Shown: positions 39,239 through 48,731 of the stretch, piece after piece
How the letters are laid out: every line of letters begins with the position of its first letter
Numbering within the stretch: the stretch's first letter is position 1
DNA from: an uncultured bacterium
GTDB taxonomy: Bacteria > Patescibacteriota > Doudnabacteria > UBA920
Assembly (NCBI GenBank): GCA_963749445.1
Contig: CAVVMJ010000010.1
Coordinates: 43,913 to 107,912 of the forward strand
Length of the DNA stretch: 64,000 bases
Reading direction: 5' to 3'
The notes under the pieces: model-generated
Databases searched by the model: none
What the model saw: the letters and a program-made list of their open reading frames with translations, nothing else
Told to the model about the DNA's origin: nothing
Program-made: the position numbers and the translations under genes

Positions 39239-39757
39239 TTAGGTTTTTTGCGCTTTAGCGTTTAACACATTAAGCAGCCCGCGGATGGTGCCGGCCAAAA
39301 CGTTGACAAAGCCCGAAACGGGCGCGTTAATGGTGCGGACGATTTGGGCGCGCAGCTGGTCTTTGGACGGCAAATCGGCCAAAACCAAAACCTGGGCCTT
39401 GTTGACCAATTTTTTATCCACAATCCCTTCAAGCACCAAAATGGTTTTTAAATCCTTGGACAGATTTTTTACCGCGCGGGCCGGAGCGGTTTCGTCATCG
39501 GCCGAGACCGACAAAATCATCGGCTGTTTGTAATCCGCGATTTCCCCATCAATCCCCGCGTCCTTCATGGCCTTTTTGACCAAAGTGAGTTTATAGACTT
39601 TGGAAAAAACTTTTTGTCTACGCAGGGTTTTGCGGAAAGTATCCAGGTCTTTAACCGTTGTGCCGCGGTAATTGGAAAACACCACGCCTTTGGCTTCCTT
39701 GAGTTTGGCCGTGAGTTCCTTTAGGTCTTCGGTTTTCTGATTTTTTGCTTTGGGCAT
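39239..39757 (-). CDS. rplJ: 50S ribosomal protein L10
   Basis: YRGTTV, LADLPSKDQLRAQ; upstream of rplL. Confidence 0.95.
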   Translation of the reverse strand: MPKAKNQKTEDLKELTAKLKEAKGVVFSNYRGTTVKDLDTFRKTLRRQKVFSKVYKLTLVKKAMKDAGIDGEIADYKQPMILSVSADDETAPARAVKNLSKDLKTILVLEGIVDKKLVNKAQVLVLADLPSKDQLRAQIVRTINAPVSGFVNVLAGTIRGLLNVLNAKAQKT

Positions 39758-39830
39758 AATTTATTAGTAGTTAGCAGATAGTATTTAGCAGTTAGGGCTA
39801 GATCGACCTCGTAGCCGATAAATATCCTTT

Positions 39831-40071
39831 TAATAAAAAGACTCGGGCTTACCCGAGTGAATAAGTGTAGTGTGCACATTTATGGGCAACTAATGATGGC
39901 CGATAAATCGGCGCACTACATTTTCCTCGGTGGGTTTACCCGCCTAAATTTTGCGCTTGTCTTTAGGGTTTGATAAATAACGAAATAATTTTGTTATCGA
40001 TCAAATTTCCAACTAATTGGGCAAAATTTTGGCGGGTGAATTAAGGCCTTTCGGCCGCCAACTGTCTTTGG
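39831..40071 (-). promoter_or_regulatory. L10 leader / attenuator, expanded by repeat insertions
   Basis: CCAAAGACAGTTGG..TTAA..CCCACCGAGG core, then ACTCGGG-TAAG-CCCGAGT-CTTTTT terminator. Confidence 0.7.
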
Positions 40072-40159
40072 ATATTTTCCGCCGGTCCTCGACTCTGAGG
40101 GACGAGCATCGCTCGGACTCGAATGAGAGACGGATCCGCCTTTGGCGGAAATTAAACCT

Positions 40160-40188
40160 ATTATAGCAAACCCTTTAAAATCCGTCAA
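40160..40188 (-). promoter_or_regulatory. rplJL promoter
   Basis: TTGACG-17 nt-TATAAT with extended TG. Confidence 0.8.
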
Positions 40189-40253
40189 CCCGCATCCGTA
40201 GATCTGTGTCCCGACATTTTAAGGCTAAAAAATCACAGCTGTGATAATTCAGC

Positions 40254-40892
40254 CTAATGCCCCAGTGCAAACTTGGGCAAATAATCAATCAATGCCGCGG
40301 CTTCGCGCAGGTAATGGAAAACCAAATCAGCCGACGAATACCCGCCGGACGTCTCCGGCGCTTTCCAATAAACCGGGCTAAACCCGGCCAGTTTGGCGGT
40401 AATCACGCCGCGCGCCAAATGGTAGGTATCGCTGACAATAATAACGCTTTTGGCCGACGGAATTAATTTTTTGGAATCGGCGATGTTTTCAAAAGTTGAT
40501 TGGGAATTTTGTTCCAAAATCATCACCGGCGCTTTATTCTCCCTCCCCTTTTGAGGGGAGGGATTAAGGGAGAGGTTGCTGTCTGATTCTTTCGCCACCT
40601 CATCCAGCACCGCGTTCTCCATATACTGCGCTTCGGAAATAGATTTAGGATAATCCTCCCCGCCGGACAAAACCAGTACGGGCGCCTTGCCTTCATCGTA
40701 CAGTTTTAACCCCTCAAGCGCGCGGTTATAAGCCGCTGGCGTCTTAATGGCCGCGCCAAGCACTATAATAGCGTCCGCCTGCCCCACCGGCCGCTGCCAG
40801 TGCCCCACGCCAATCACAACGCCAAGCGATATAACAAACACCGCGCACGTGGCGTAAATTAAATATCTGATGGTTTTCCAAAGTTTCCTCAT
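40254..40892 (-). CDS. YdcF/DUF218 family protein
   Basis: DAIIVLG, LSGG, SEA, STFEN, VSDTYHLAR, REA. Confidence 0.9.
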   Translation of the reverse strand: MRKLWKTIRYLIYATCAVFVISLGVVIGVGHWQRPVGQADAIIVLGAAIKTPAAYNRALEGLKLYDEGKAPVLVLSGGEDYPKSISEAQYMENAVLDEVAKESDSNLSLNPSPQKGRENKAPVMILEQNSQSTFENIADSKKLIPSAKSVIIVSDTYHLARGVITAKLAGFSPVYWKAPETSGGYSSADLVFHYLREAAALIDYLPKFALGH

Positions 40893-40995
40893 ATGCCTTT
40901 AATTATAGCACTTTTCTTTTTTACCCAGATTTTGTATAATATATCAGTTACCCGATGTTAATCGTTAATTGTAAATTGTTAATCGTTGTCCGCAT

Positions 40996-41069
40996 TGGGG
41001 TGTAGCCAAGCGGTAAGGCAAGCGGCTCTGAACCGCTCATCCCAGGTTCGAATCCTGGCACCCCAGCCA
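40996..41069 (+). tRNA. tRNA-Gln(CTG)
   Basis: TGGGGTG/CACCCCA acceptor stem, AGCGG-CTCTGAA-CCGCT, GGTTCGAATCC, CCA. Confidence 0.96.
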
Positions 41070-41167
41070 ACACTTTTCACCAATGTTTATTGGTGTTTTT
41101 TGTTAGGCTATAAATTACTTTGGAGCTGTGATATAATAATGATGTAAAATACATTAATTCATTTTTT

Positions 41168-41383
41168 ATGAGTATAAACAATAGCGGCGAATTTGTTAGG
41201 GATAGCGAAGGTCCCGATATTAGCGGAAATCCCGAACGAGAAGAGCTAATAAGGCAATCTAGGGAACGGGCAGCAAGACAAGGCCAAGAGCCAGATCCAG
41301 TAGAAGAAACCAACCCTGAAATTAGGGCAAGGCAAAAAGCCGAAATGAAAAGACGCCTTTGGGCAATAATTTTATCTTACTAA
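41168..41383 (+). CDS. small hypothetical protein
   Basis: 71-aa ORF after TGATATAAT promoter-like motif. Confidence 0.45.
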   Translation: MSINNSGEFVRDSEGPDISGNPEREELIRQSRERAARQGQEPDPVEETNPEIRARQKAEMKRRLWAIILSY

Positions 41384-41509
41384 ATTTCTAACTTGGTCAA
41401 ATAAGACAGCCTTTAAAAATCACAAAACAACGAAACGCCAACGAGGCGTTTTTTTGATGCACCCAAAAACCAACATCCTTCGTATTAAAATTACAGAAAG
41501 TCAAATTCT

Positions 41510-42386
41510 ATGCGGAAAAAATATTCCTCTTTTTTAACCAGTTTGGCGGCGGCGGTTATTGTTATGCCGGTTTTTTTGGCGCAAACGGCGGCTGCGCAAA
41601 CCGTTAACAGCTCACGCAACTGGGCGGGTTATGTGGCTCAAAGCGGGCCGTACACCTCGGTCAGCGGTTCCTGGGGTTGTACCAGCAGTAAGCGGCGCGG
41701 GATCAACATCAGCCGACGCAGAGTGGGTCGGCATCGGCGGCGTCAGCTCCCCCGATTTAATCCAAAGCGGCACCCAGGCAATTACGGACACCAACGGACA
41801 AATTACATACCAGGCCTGGCTGGAAACTTTGCCGCAGGTCTCGCAATTCATCCCTGTTGCCGTCAAACCCGGCGACAGCGTAAGCGCGTCCATTACCCAA
41901 ACCTCGACCAACCAGTGGCAAATAGTTTTTAATGATTTAACCTCCACCCAAACTTTCCAGACAACTGTATCATACGTCTCTTCCCAATCTTCAGCAGAAT
42001 GGATAGTGGAAGCGCCGGCCTTGCGCGGCGGATTTTTGCCCCTGGATAATTTTGGCACAATCCAATTCAGCGGCGGCTTGGCAACGGCTAACGGCCAAAC
42101 TCAAACCATCGCGGGATCCGGCGCCGCGATTATTAACATGCTCAACAACAGCCAACAGGCATTGGCCAATGTTTCGGCTTTGGATGGTTCCGGCCAAAGC
42201 TTTACCGTAACCCGCACTTCTGCCACCGCCTCACCGCCGACCGGCCGCTACATTATTTCCCGCGGCCGCACTTTCCGCCGCGGCGGCAGTGGCGTCAACC
42301 AGCGCACGACCTGGCCGTGGGGTTTTGGCGGCAATGGTTTGAGAAATAATAACCGGATGATGTTTAGGTTTTCGTTTGATAGATAA
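41510..42386 (+). CDS. secreted G1-family glutamic peptidase; frameshift in G4 at 41673-41676
   Basis: SRNWAGYV, WVGIGG, LIQSGT, SAEWIVEAP. Confidence 0.88.
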
Positions 42387-42616
42387 AACTGCTTTTTGGT
42401 CGTAGCTTACAGCCCGCGCAATATCCGCACTTCCTGTCATTGCGAGGAGGCCGGGGCTTCGACCGGCCGACGCGGCAATCTCCTTCAACAATCGATAAAG
42501 ATTGCTTCGGTCGGATGCTACTGCCTCGCAATGACAGCAAGTTTCGGTTTCTCTTGGCTTGAGCCGCCGGAACTGCTATAATTTAAAGGTCGTCAATCAT
42601 TAATCAAACCATACAA

Positions 42617-42919
42617 ATGGACCAACCAACTGAGACTAAAGATTCCCGTTCCCACGATTGCTCCTGCGGCATGGGCGGATGCCACGGCCACTGGGGCAGG
42701 TTTTCCCTGCTCCGCATACTGCTCGCCCTGATAGTCGCCGTTTTGCTGTTCGTGTTCGGCTTTGCCCTGGGCAGAGTCAGCGGCGGACGTTTCCGCGCCG
42801 GCAACATGATGTACTACCGCGGAGGCGCGCCCCTGATGCGCTATTATCAGGGTTATGCCCCGGGAACCATGGTGCCCTATGGCAACTGGCCAACGGCCAC
42901 CAGCACCCCTGCGAAATAG
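42617..42919 (+). CDS. small single-TM hypothetical protein
   Basis: Cys/His N-terminus, TM helix, Tyr/Met-rich tail; followed by a terminator. Confidence 0.65.
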   Translation: MDQPTETKDSRSHDCSCGMGGCHGHWGRFSLLRILLALIVAVLLFVFGFALGRVSGGRFRAGNMMYYRGGAPLMRYYQGYAPGTMVPYGNWPTATSTPAK

Positions 42920-42930
42920 TTAGAATTGAT

Positions 42931-42965
42931 AACCCCGCCCTTTGCTAGCAAAGGGCGGGGTTTTT
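42931..42965 (+). terminator. intrinsic terminator
   Basis: AACCCCGCCCTTTGC-TA-GCAAAGGGCGGGGTTTTT. Confidence 0.8.
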
Positions 42966-43021
42966 GCGCTTTTTTATGGCTGTGATAAACTATTATCAGA
43001 GCAACTTTATCCTTACCCGCA

Positions 43022-43204
43022 ATGAAAACCCTTAAACGCCTCCTAATCGTCCTGCTGGTTTTGGCCGCTGTGTTTTTGTACTGGTTTTTACCCAAATATT
43101 CCTTTGTCCGTAAAAATCCCGGCTATTGCACGAATTTAACCTCGCACATTTACTACTGCGGAAGCCAGGCGGGGCTGGACAGGCTGTTTGACACAGTGAA
43201 ATAG
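43022..43204 (+). CDS. small membrane-anchored protein
   Basis: 60 aa, N-terminal TM, Cys pair. Confidence 0.55.
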   Translation: MKTLKRLLIVLLVLAAVFLYWFLPKYSFVRKNPGYCTNLTSHIYYCGSQAGLDRLFDTVK

Positions 43205-43365
43205 CGGCAGGCTTTCTGCTAAATGCTAAAGAAGCTAAAAAATACTAAACTTATATGCATCGGCTTTTTTTGTATTTAGTATATTTTAGTATTTAGTAGG
43301 GATTTGACAGAACTTCATCGGCAATCGTATAATAATACCAAAGACCAAAATCATCCGAAACTAAA

Positions 43366-43929
43366 ATGTCCAAATATAAACACTTAGCCCCCCAGACCAA
43401 AAGCTTTGTCATTCTGTTCGCCATCGCGGTGGTGGGCACATATTTGACGGTGATGGTCGCCGAACACCCGCTGGCGCCGGGACTAAACGGCTATCAACAA
43501 ATTTACTACCCCGCGCCACCGACCGGCTCCGTCCAGTCGGCGACCGACCGCTATTTGCCGAGCTTTAAACCCGTGGACACCTCCGCTTGGAAAACTTACC
43601 AGGACACGGCTTATGCCTTTAGCTTTAAATACGACCCGGCCTGGAAAATTTCGCCGGCCAAAAAACAAAACGGCTTTTACGTTTTGGAGATTGATCCCGG
43701 GGCAAAATTTTACAACATGAAAATTTACATCAGCGGCAGCGGTTATTACTACTCGCTGGACGGCCTGCCTGTTGTGGAAACCGACATCGGCAGCGCCAAG
43801 GCTTCTGACGTTTCCGACCTGCTTTACGCGATCAAAATGGGGCCGGATTATTACACTTTTGACAACGGTTTGTCCACGGCCATGATGGACGGTTTTAACG
43901 CAATGGTAAGAACCGTTAAATTTCAATAA
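43366..43929 (+). CDS. membrane-anchored hypothetical protein (PsbP-like start)
   Basis: DTSAWKTYQD..Y.FSFKYDPAW motif. Confidence 0.7.
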   Translation: MSKYKHLAPQTKSFVILFAIAVVGTYLTVMVAEHPLAPGLNGYQQIYYPAPPTGSVQSATDRYLPSFKPVDTSAWKTYQDTAYAFSFKYDPAWKISPAKKQNGFYVLEIDPGAKFYNMKIYISGSGYYYSLDGLPVVETDIGSAKASDVSDLLYAIKMGPDYYTFDNGLSTAMMDGFNAMVRTVKFQ

Positions 43930-44198
43930 CTTTTTGTTTGCCCAAAAATCCCTGAAATGGGATTTTTTTCTTATTAACAAATCCTACAGGCCTTCCCATC
44001 CCAGAATTTTTTTGTGCTGATGGTATTCATCGGCCACAAAAAAATATCCGGGATCCAAAAAGAAGCGCAACTGGATCCCGGCTCTCGGCGGCACTCGGCC
44101 GGGATGGCACAAGAAATACAAAACTTACCATCAATCATTGCCAACTTTTTTATTTTGCCCTATAATTTACGAAGAAATATCATTAATTAAAAGCAAAC

Positions 44199-46268
44199 AT
44201 GAACGAGAATACGTATTTGTACTACGCCTTGGCAGCCGGCATTTTGGCCCTTGCCTACGGCGTGTTTTTAATTTTTAGGATATTGGCCCAGCCGCAGGGC
44301 CAAGGCAAAATGGTGGAAATTTCGCGCGCCATCCAGGACGGTGCCAAGGCGTATTTGTCGCGGCAGTATAAAACTGTCGGCATTGTGGCGGTGGTGGTGA
44401 TTTTATTGATGTGGCTCGCGCGCTTTTCCGGACACACGATTGTTGGATTCATTTTAGGCGCGGTTCTTTCCGCTGTGGCGGGTTTTGTGGGCATGAACAT
44501 TTCCGTGCGCGCCAATGTGCGCACCACCGAAGCCGCCAAAAAAGGTTTGGGTTCGGCCTTGTCTTTGGCTTTCCAAGGCGGCTCGGTCACCGGTTTGTTC
44601 GTGGCGGGCTTAGGACTCTTGGCGGTTACCGGATTTTTGATGTTTGCCAGAACCGCTGCCGGACCCTGCATAAATTTGGGCGATGCCAACCAGTGCATTC
44701 CGACTCCGACTTTTGACCTGTCCGCGCTGGCGGGTTTGGCTTTTGGCGCGTCCCTGATATCGGTCTTTGCCCGTTTGGGGGGCGGCATTTTTACCAAGGG
44801 CGCTGACGTGGGCACGGATATGGTCGGCAAAGTTGAAGCCGGCATTCCGGAGGACGATCCGCGCAACCCGGGCGTGATTGCCGATAACGTGGGCGACAAC
44901 GTGGGCGACTGCGCGGGCATGGCCGCGGATTTGTTTGAAACTTACGTGGTTTCGTCCGTGGCCGTCATCTTGCTCGGCGCCGCGATTTTACCCGACTTTA
45001 CCAACGCGATTTTGTACCCGCTGATGATTGGCGCGGCTTCCATTGTCACCACGATTATCGGCACCTGGTTTGTGCGCTTGGGCAAATCCCAAAACATAAT
45101 GGGCGCGCTGTACAAAGGCCTGGCTGTTTCCGGAATTTTGTCTGCGATTGCTTTTTACCCGATTACTATGAAACTCATGGATGGCAATGGTTTGTATCCG
45201 ACGATGAATTTATTTTACTGCGCGCTAATTGGCTTAGCCGTCACCGCGGCCGTGGTGGTGATTACCGAATACTACACGTCCAAAAAATTCTCGCCGGTTA
45301 AAAATATTGCCGCCGCCTCCACCACGGGCCACGGCACCAATATTATCCAAGGGCTGGCCGTGGGCATGCAGTCCACGGCGCTGCCGGTTATTGTTATTGT
45401 CTGCGCTATCTTGTTATCGTTCCACCTGGCCGGTCTTTACGGTATTGCTTTGGCTGTGATGAGTATGCTATCGCTGACCGGAATAATTGTCGCGATTGAC
45501 GCTTTTGGCCCAATTACGGACAACGCCGGAGGAATTGCCGAAATGGCCGGGCTGGACAAATCCGTGCGCGACATCACCGACCCGCTGGATGCCGTCGGTA
45601 ACACCACCAAAGCCGTTACCAAGGGTTATGCCATTGCCTCAGCCGGTTTAGCCGCTATGGTGCTGTTTGCCGCCTACACGCAGGAATTAAGCGCACGCGG
45701 CATTTCGGCCGTGTTTGATCTGTCTGATAGTAAAGTATTAGTTGGCTTACTTATAGGCGGTTTGCTGCCTTATTTGTTCGCTTCCATTGCCATGTCAGCC
45801 GTGGGCAAGGCGGCCAAAGCCGTGGTGGAAGAGGTTCGTAGGCAGTTTAGGGAGATAAAAGGGATAATGTCAGGCGAGGCCAAACCGGATTATTCGCGCG
45901 CCGTGGATATTGTTACCAAAGCGGCGATGCGGCAAATGATTATTCCGGCTTTGATTCCGGTCGTGGTGCCGATTTTAGTTGGATGGTTGCTCGGCGCCGC
46001 GGCTTTGGGCGGGCTTTTGGTTGGCACGATTGTGACCGGATTGTTTGTTGGTATCTCGATGACAACTGGCGGCGCGGCCTGGGACAATGCCAAAAAATAT
46101 ATTGAAGAAGGCCACTTTGGCGGCAAAGGTTCGGAAGCGCACAAAGCTGCCGTCACCGGCGACACCGTCGGCGACCCCTACAAAGACACCGCCGGCCCGG
46201 CGATAAATCCGATGATTAAGATTATAAACATTGTCGCATTGTTGATGGTAAAATTTTTAAAGCCGTAA
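44199..46268 (+). CDS. hppA: membrane-bound proton-translocating pyrophosphatase, K+-independent type
   Basis: [44 protein letters not shown]. Confidence 0.95.
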   Translation: MNENTYLYYALAAGILALAYGVFLIFRILAQPQGQGKMVEISRAIQDGAKAYLSRQYKTVGIVAVVVILLMWLARFSGHTIVGFILGAVLSAVAGFVGMNISVRANVRTTEAAKKGLGSALSLAFQGGSVTGLFVAGLGLLAVTGFLMFARTAAGPCINLGDANQCIPTPTFDLSALAGLAFGASLISVFARLGGGIFTKGADVGTDMVGKVEAGIPEDDPRNPGVIADNVGDNVGDCAGMAADLFETYVVSSVAVILLGAAILPDFTNAILYPLMIGAASIVTTIIGTWFVRLGKSQNIMGALYKGLAVSGILSAIAFYPITMKLMDGNGLYPTMNLFYCALIGLAVTAAVVVITEYYTSKKFSPVKNIAAASTTGHGTNIIQGLAVGMQSTALPVIVIVCAILLSFHLAGLYGIALAVMSMLSLTGIIVAIDAFGPITDNAGGIAEMAGLDKSVRDITDPLDAVGNTTKAVTKGYAIASAGLAAMVLFAAYTQELSARGISAVFDLSDSKVLVGLLIGGLLPYLFASIAMSAVGKAAKAVVEEVRRQFREIKGIMSGEAKPDYSRAVDIVTKAAMRQMIIPALIPVVVPILVGWLLGAAALGGLLVGTIVTGLFVGISMTTGGAAWDNAKKYIEEGHFGGKGSEAHKAAVTGDTVGDPYKDTAGPAINPMIKIINIVALLMVKFLKP

Positions 46269-46440
46269 ATTATCCACAAATAATCCAAATTGTAGGGACA
46301 GGGTATTGCCCTGTCCCTTTTTGGTGCCCCCGGGATTTTTGGCGCTAGTGGCTATTACTAAAATAAGAACCCGGACACAACATTATTAGTAGTGCCCGGA
46401 TTCGTTGATCTTAAGCTTCCAAAGCCTGTCTTGCTTCCCG

Positions 46441-48054
46441 CTACTTTCTTACGGAATAGCTTTTCTCGGCCTCTTGGTAAACTCGAATGAAGAAATCCCT
46501 ACGGCCAGGCGAAGTCCCGAAGTGCAAGGTCTTACGAGCCGTCGACTCTAAGAAGTACCCTAGTGATTCGTCCCATCCCATATCCTGGATAACGAATTGC
46601 AGGCACTTAACTTCCCATTTGGGCAGGCGCAGATACGAAATGTCAACCGCGCCGACGCAATGGGTGGGGAACTGGGTGTGCGAGTTCGGATTCTTGGCCA
46701 ACAACTTCTGGTATTCCAAGCTCCGAACCAGGGCGGTAATTTCCAGGGCGACAAAATCCTTTTCGCCCTTGGGGTGCGTTGCTTCCCAGAATCGCCGCGT
46801 CTCGAACGCGACGTACTCCAGGGCGCCGATGTCATCGGGCGGATCCTGCAAAAACAGTTGTCGGTGTTCCGGATCTTTCTCCCCGATTGCCTCAGGGCCG
46901 TTCGTGCGCAAAGTGTAACTGAAGAACTCCGTCCACTCCGGCACGGTAACAAGTCGCTTGCCGCGCGCTTCCGCCAAGTCACTGTTAAGTTGGAACATGT
47001 CTTTCGGCATATTCCATACCCATAAGCGGTTAAGCGCTCGCTCGTTAGGGTTGATGGGGTTGGTGTAGTGGCTCGCCAGGGTCTTGTAGGCGTTCGGGTC
47101 GTGACGATACAGAGCGAGCAGTTCCTCGCCCTTCCGGACACAGAAATAGTATGTCGGGCCATAGTCCTTTTCCATATCCTTTCCGATTAACTCATACAAG
47201 TCCTTCCGCCACTCCGGTGTGTTGCCAAAAAACACCAACGGCACGGTCGCGTCTTCTATTCGGTACTTGCCGATGAGCTTACGGACTTGGCCGATGCGTC
47301 CCTCGCCGGAATGGTAAGCCCAAAGGGCAAAATCCACGCCGCCGTAGCGCCTGGCCATGTCAGCCAAGTACTTGGCCGCGGCCGGAACCGCTTTGCTCGG
47401 GTCTAAACGCTCATCTACCAGGACTTTGTACTTTTCCTTTCTCGCCGGAACGTCTTTGTAAACAGCCGGGTGCCCGGGACGCGCTTTTTTAACCAGCTTG
47501 CGTTGCGCCAGGACTTGCCGTAGACGGGTCTCGGAATACTGCCTAAGACCCATGAGCTTGGCGGTTGACTTGCTGATCTGAATTATGCCCGCAGGCCCGC
47601 TTGGGCTTTTTGCGTTAGGATCACACCCGCTTTCCACAAATGACAGTCCCTCCAAAAGCCCTTTGGGAAAACCCGCTTCCTTGGCGGCAGAGATAAACAG
47701 CGCCTGCAACGAGCTGTCATTGCAGGTCTGGGCCCATGCAACGGCCCGCGGATCCCGCAAGATGGAAAAAGCCTGCGATTGAATCAGATTCGAGGTCCGG
47801 AATTGCAAGACTGCCGGACTCATGCTTTGGCGGTCAAGGCCGATGCCGGGCAAACGATTAGTCGGTTGAAAATACTGCTGCCCGGCCGGGATCTTGACCA
47901 CCGGCGGCAAAGCGTCCGGCTTTTTGTGCGGCTTCTTTGTTGCAGTTGCACCTTTGGGTACCGGCCGTACTGCCTGTAATTGCCAAACCTCGCCAAACAG
48001 GGCCAATACGACCGCCAGTAACGATAGCGAATACGCTTTCTTCATTCTCATCAT
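46441..48054 (-). CDS. secreted lytic transglycosylase with C-terminal DUF5715/M15-like domain
   Basis: VESG..AGIIQI, AYHSGEG SLT motifs; LVRSLEYQ..THCVGAVD..LHF; AGGAGG SD. Confidence 0.8.
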   Translation of the reverse strand: MMRMKKAYSLSLLAVVLALFGEVWQLQAVRPVPKGATATKKPHKKPDALPPVVKIPAGQQYFQPTNRLPGIGLDRQSMSPAVLQFRTSNLIQSQAFSILRDPRAVAWAQTCNDSSLQALFISAAKEAGFPKGLLEGLSFVESGCDPNAKSPSGPAGIIQISKSTAKLMGLRQYSETRLRQVLAQRKLVKKARPGHPAVYKDVPARKEKYKVLVDERLDPSKAVPAAAKYLADMARRYGGVDFALWAYHSGEGRIGQVRKLIGKYRIEDATVPLVFFGNTPEWRKDLYELIGKDMEKDYGPTYYFCVRKGEELLALYRHDPNAYKTLASHYTNPINPNERALNRLWVWNMPKDMFQLNSDLAEARGKRLVTVPEWTEFFSYTLRTNGPEAIGEKDPEHRQLFLQDPPDDIGALEYVAFETRRFWEATHPKGEKDFVALEITALVRSLEYQKLLAKNPNSHTQFPTHCVGAVDISYLRLPKWEVKCLQFVIQDMGWDESLGYFLESTARKTLHFGTSPGRRDFFIRVYQEAEKSYSVRK

Positions 48055-48171
48055 CTGGCCCTCCTGGCCATTGTAAAATTGATTCCAAAGCTAATCTGGA
48101 ATCTTATTATTATTCTATATTTTCAGACTTTTGTCAAGCCTTATCTACCGCCAAACAAGATTCATTGACCT

Positions 48172-48723
48172 TCAAAGCCCATTTTTTGCTTCTAAAACGT
48201 TTAACTGTAATGATTTTTTTATCTCTTCCAGCGCTATTTGTTTGTTTTCTAAACTTTTAACCTCTGTCACTTTGTTTTTCTGTCGGCCCACTTCGCGGTA
48301 AAAGGCCGTGCATTTTTCCAAAAAGCCCGGCGGCAAATTATCAGCGTCAAGATATTTACCGGCAAGTTCGTCGTCCAGAGGCACAACAATAATTTTATCA
48401 TCCACTTCGCCGCGGTCAATGGTTTTTAACATACCGACCGCTTTGCACTTCACGAACTCGCCCATCTTAATCGGCGCGGATGACAAAACTATGGCGTCCA
48501 AAGGGTCACCGTCGCCGCCCAAAGTGTGCGGAATGAATCCGTAATTAAAAGGAAAAACCAAATCCTTAAATACAAAATCCAATTTTAAACTGTCTGAGGC
48601 TTCGTCGTACTCGTACTTTAAATTACTCCCTTGCGGAATTTCCACAATGACGTTAAAAGCCTCCAAACTGCCAAAAGGAATTTGTTCCAGATTAATTTTG
48701 TCATTTTTATTATTTTTACTCAT
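48172..48723 (-). CDS. ppa: soluble inorganic pyrophosphatase (family I)
   Basis: VEIPQGS..KYEYD, YGFIP.T.GGDGDPLD, DDKII; exact start uncertain. Confidence 0.9.
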   Translation of the reverse strand: MSKNNKNDKINLEQIPFGSLEAFNVIVEIPQGSNLKYEYDEASDSLKLDFVFKDLVFPFNYGFIPHTLGGDGDPLDAIVLSSAPIKMGEFVKCKAVGMLKTIDRGEVDDKIIVVPLDDELAGKYLDADNLPPGFLEKCTAFYREVGRQKNKVTEVKSLENKQIALEEIKKSLQLNVLEAKNGL

Positions 48724-48731
48724 TTTTGTCA

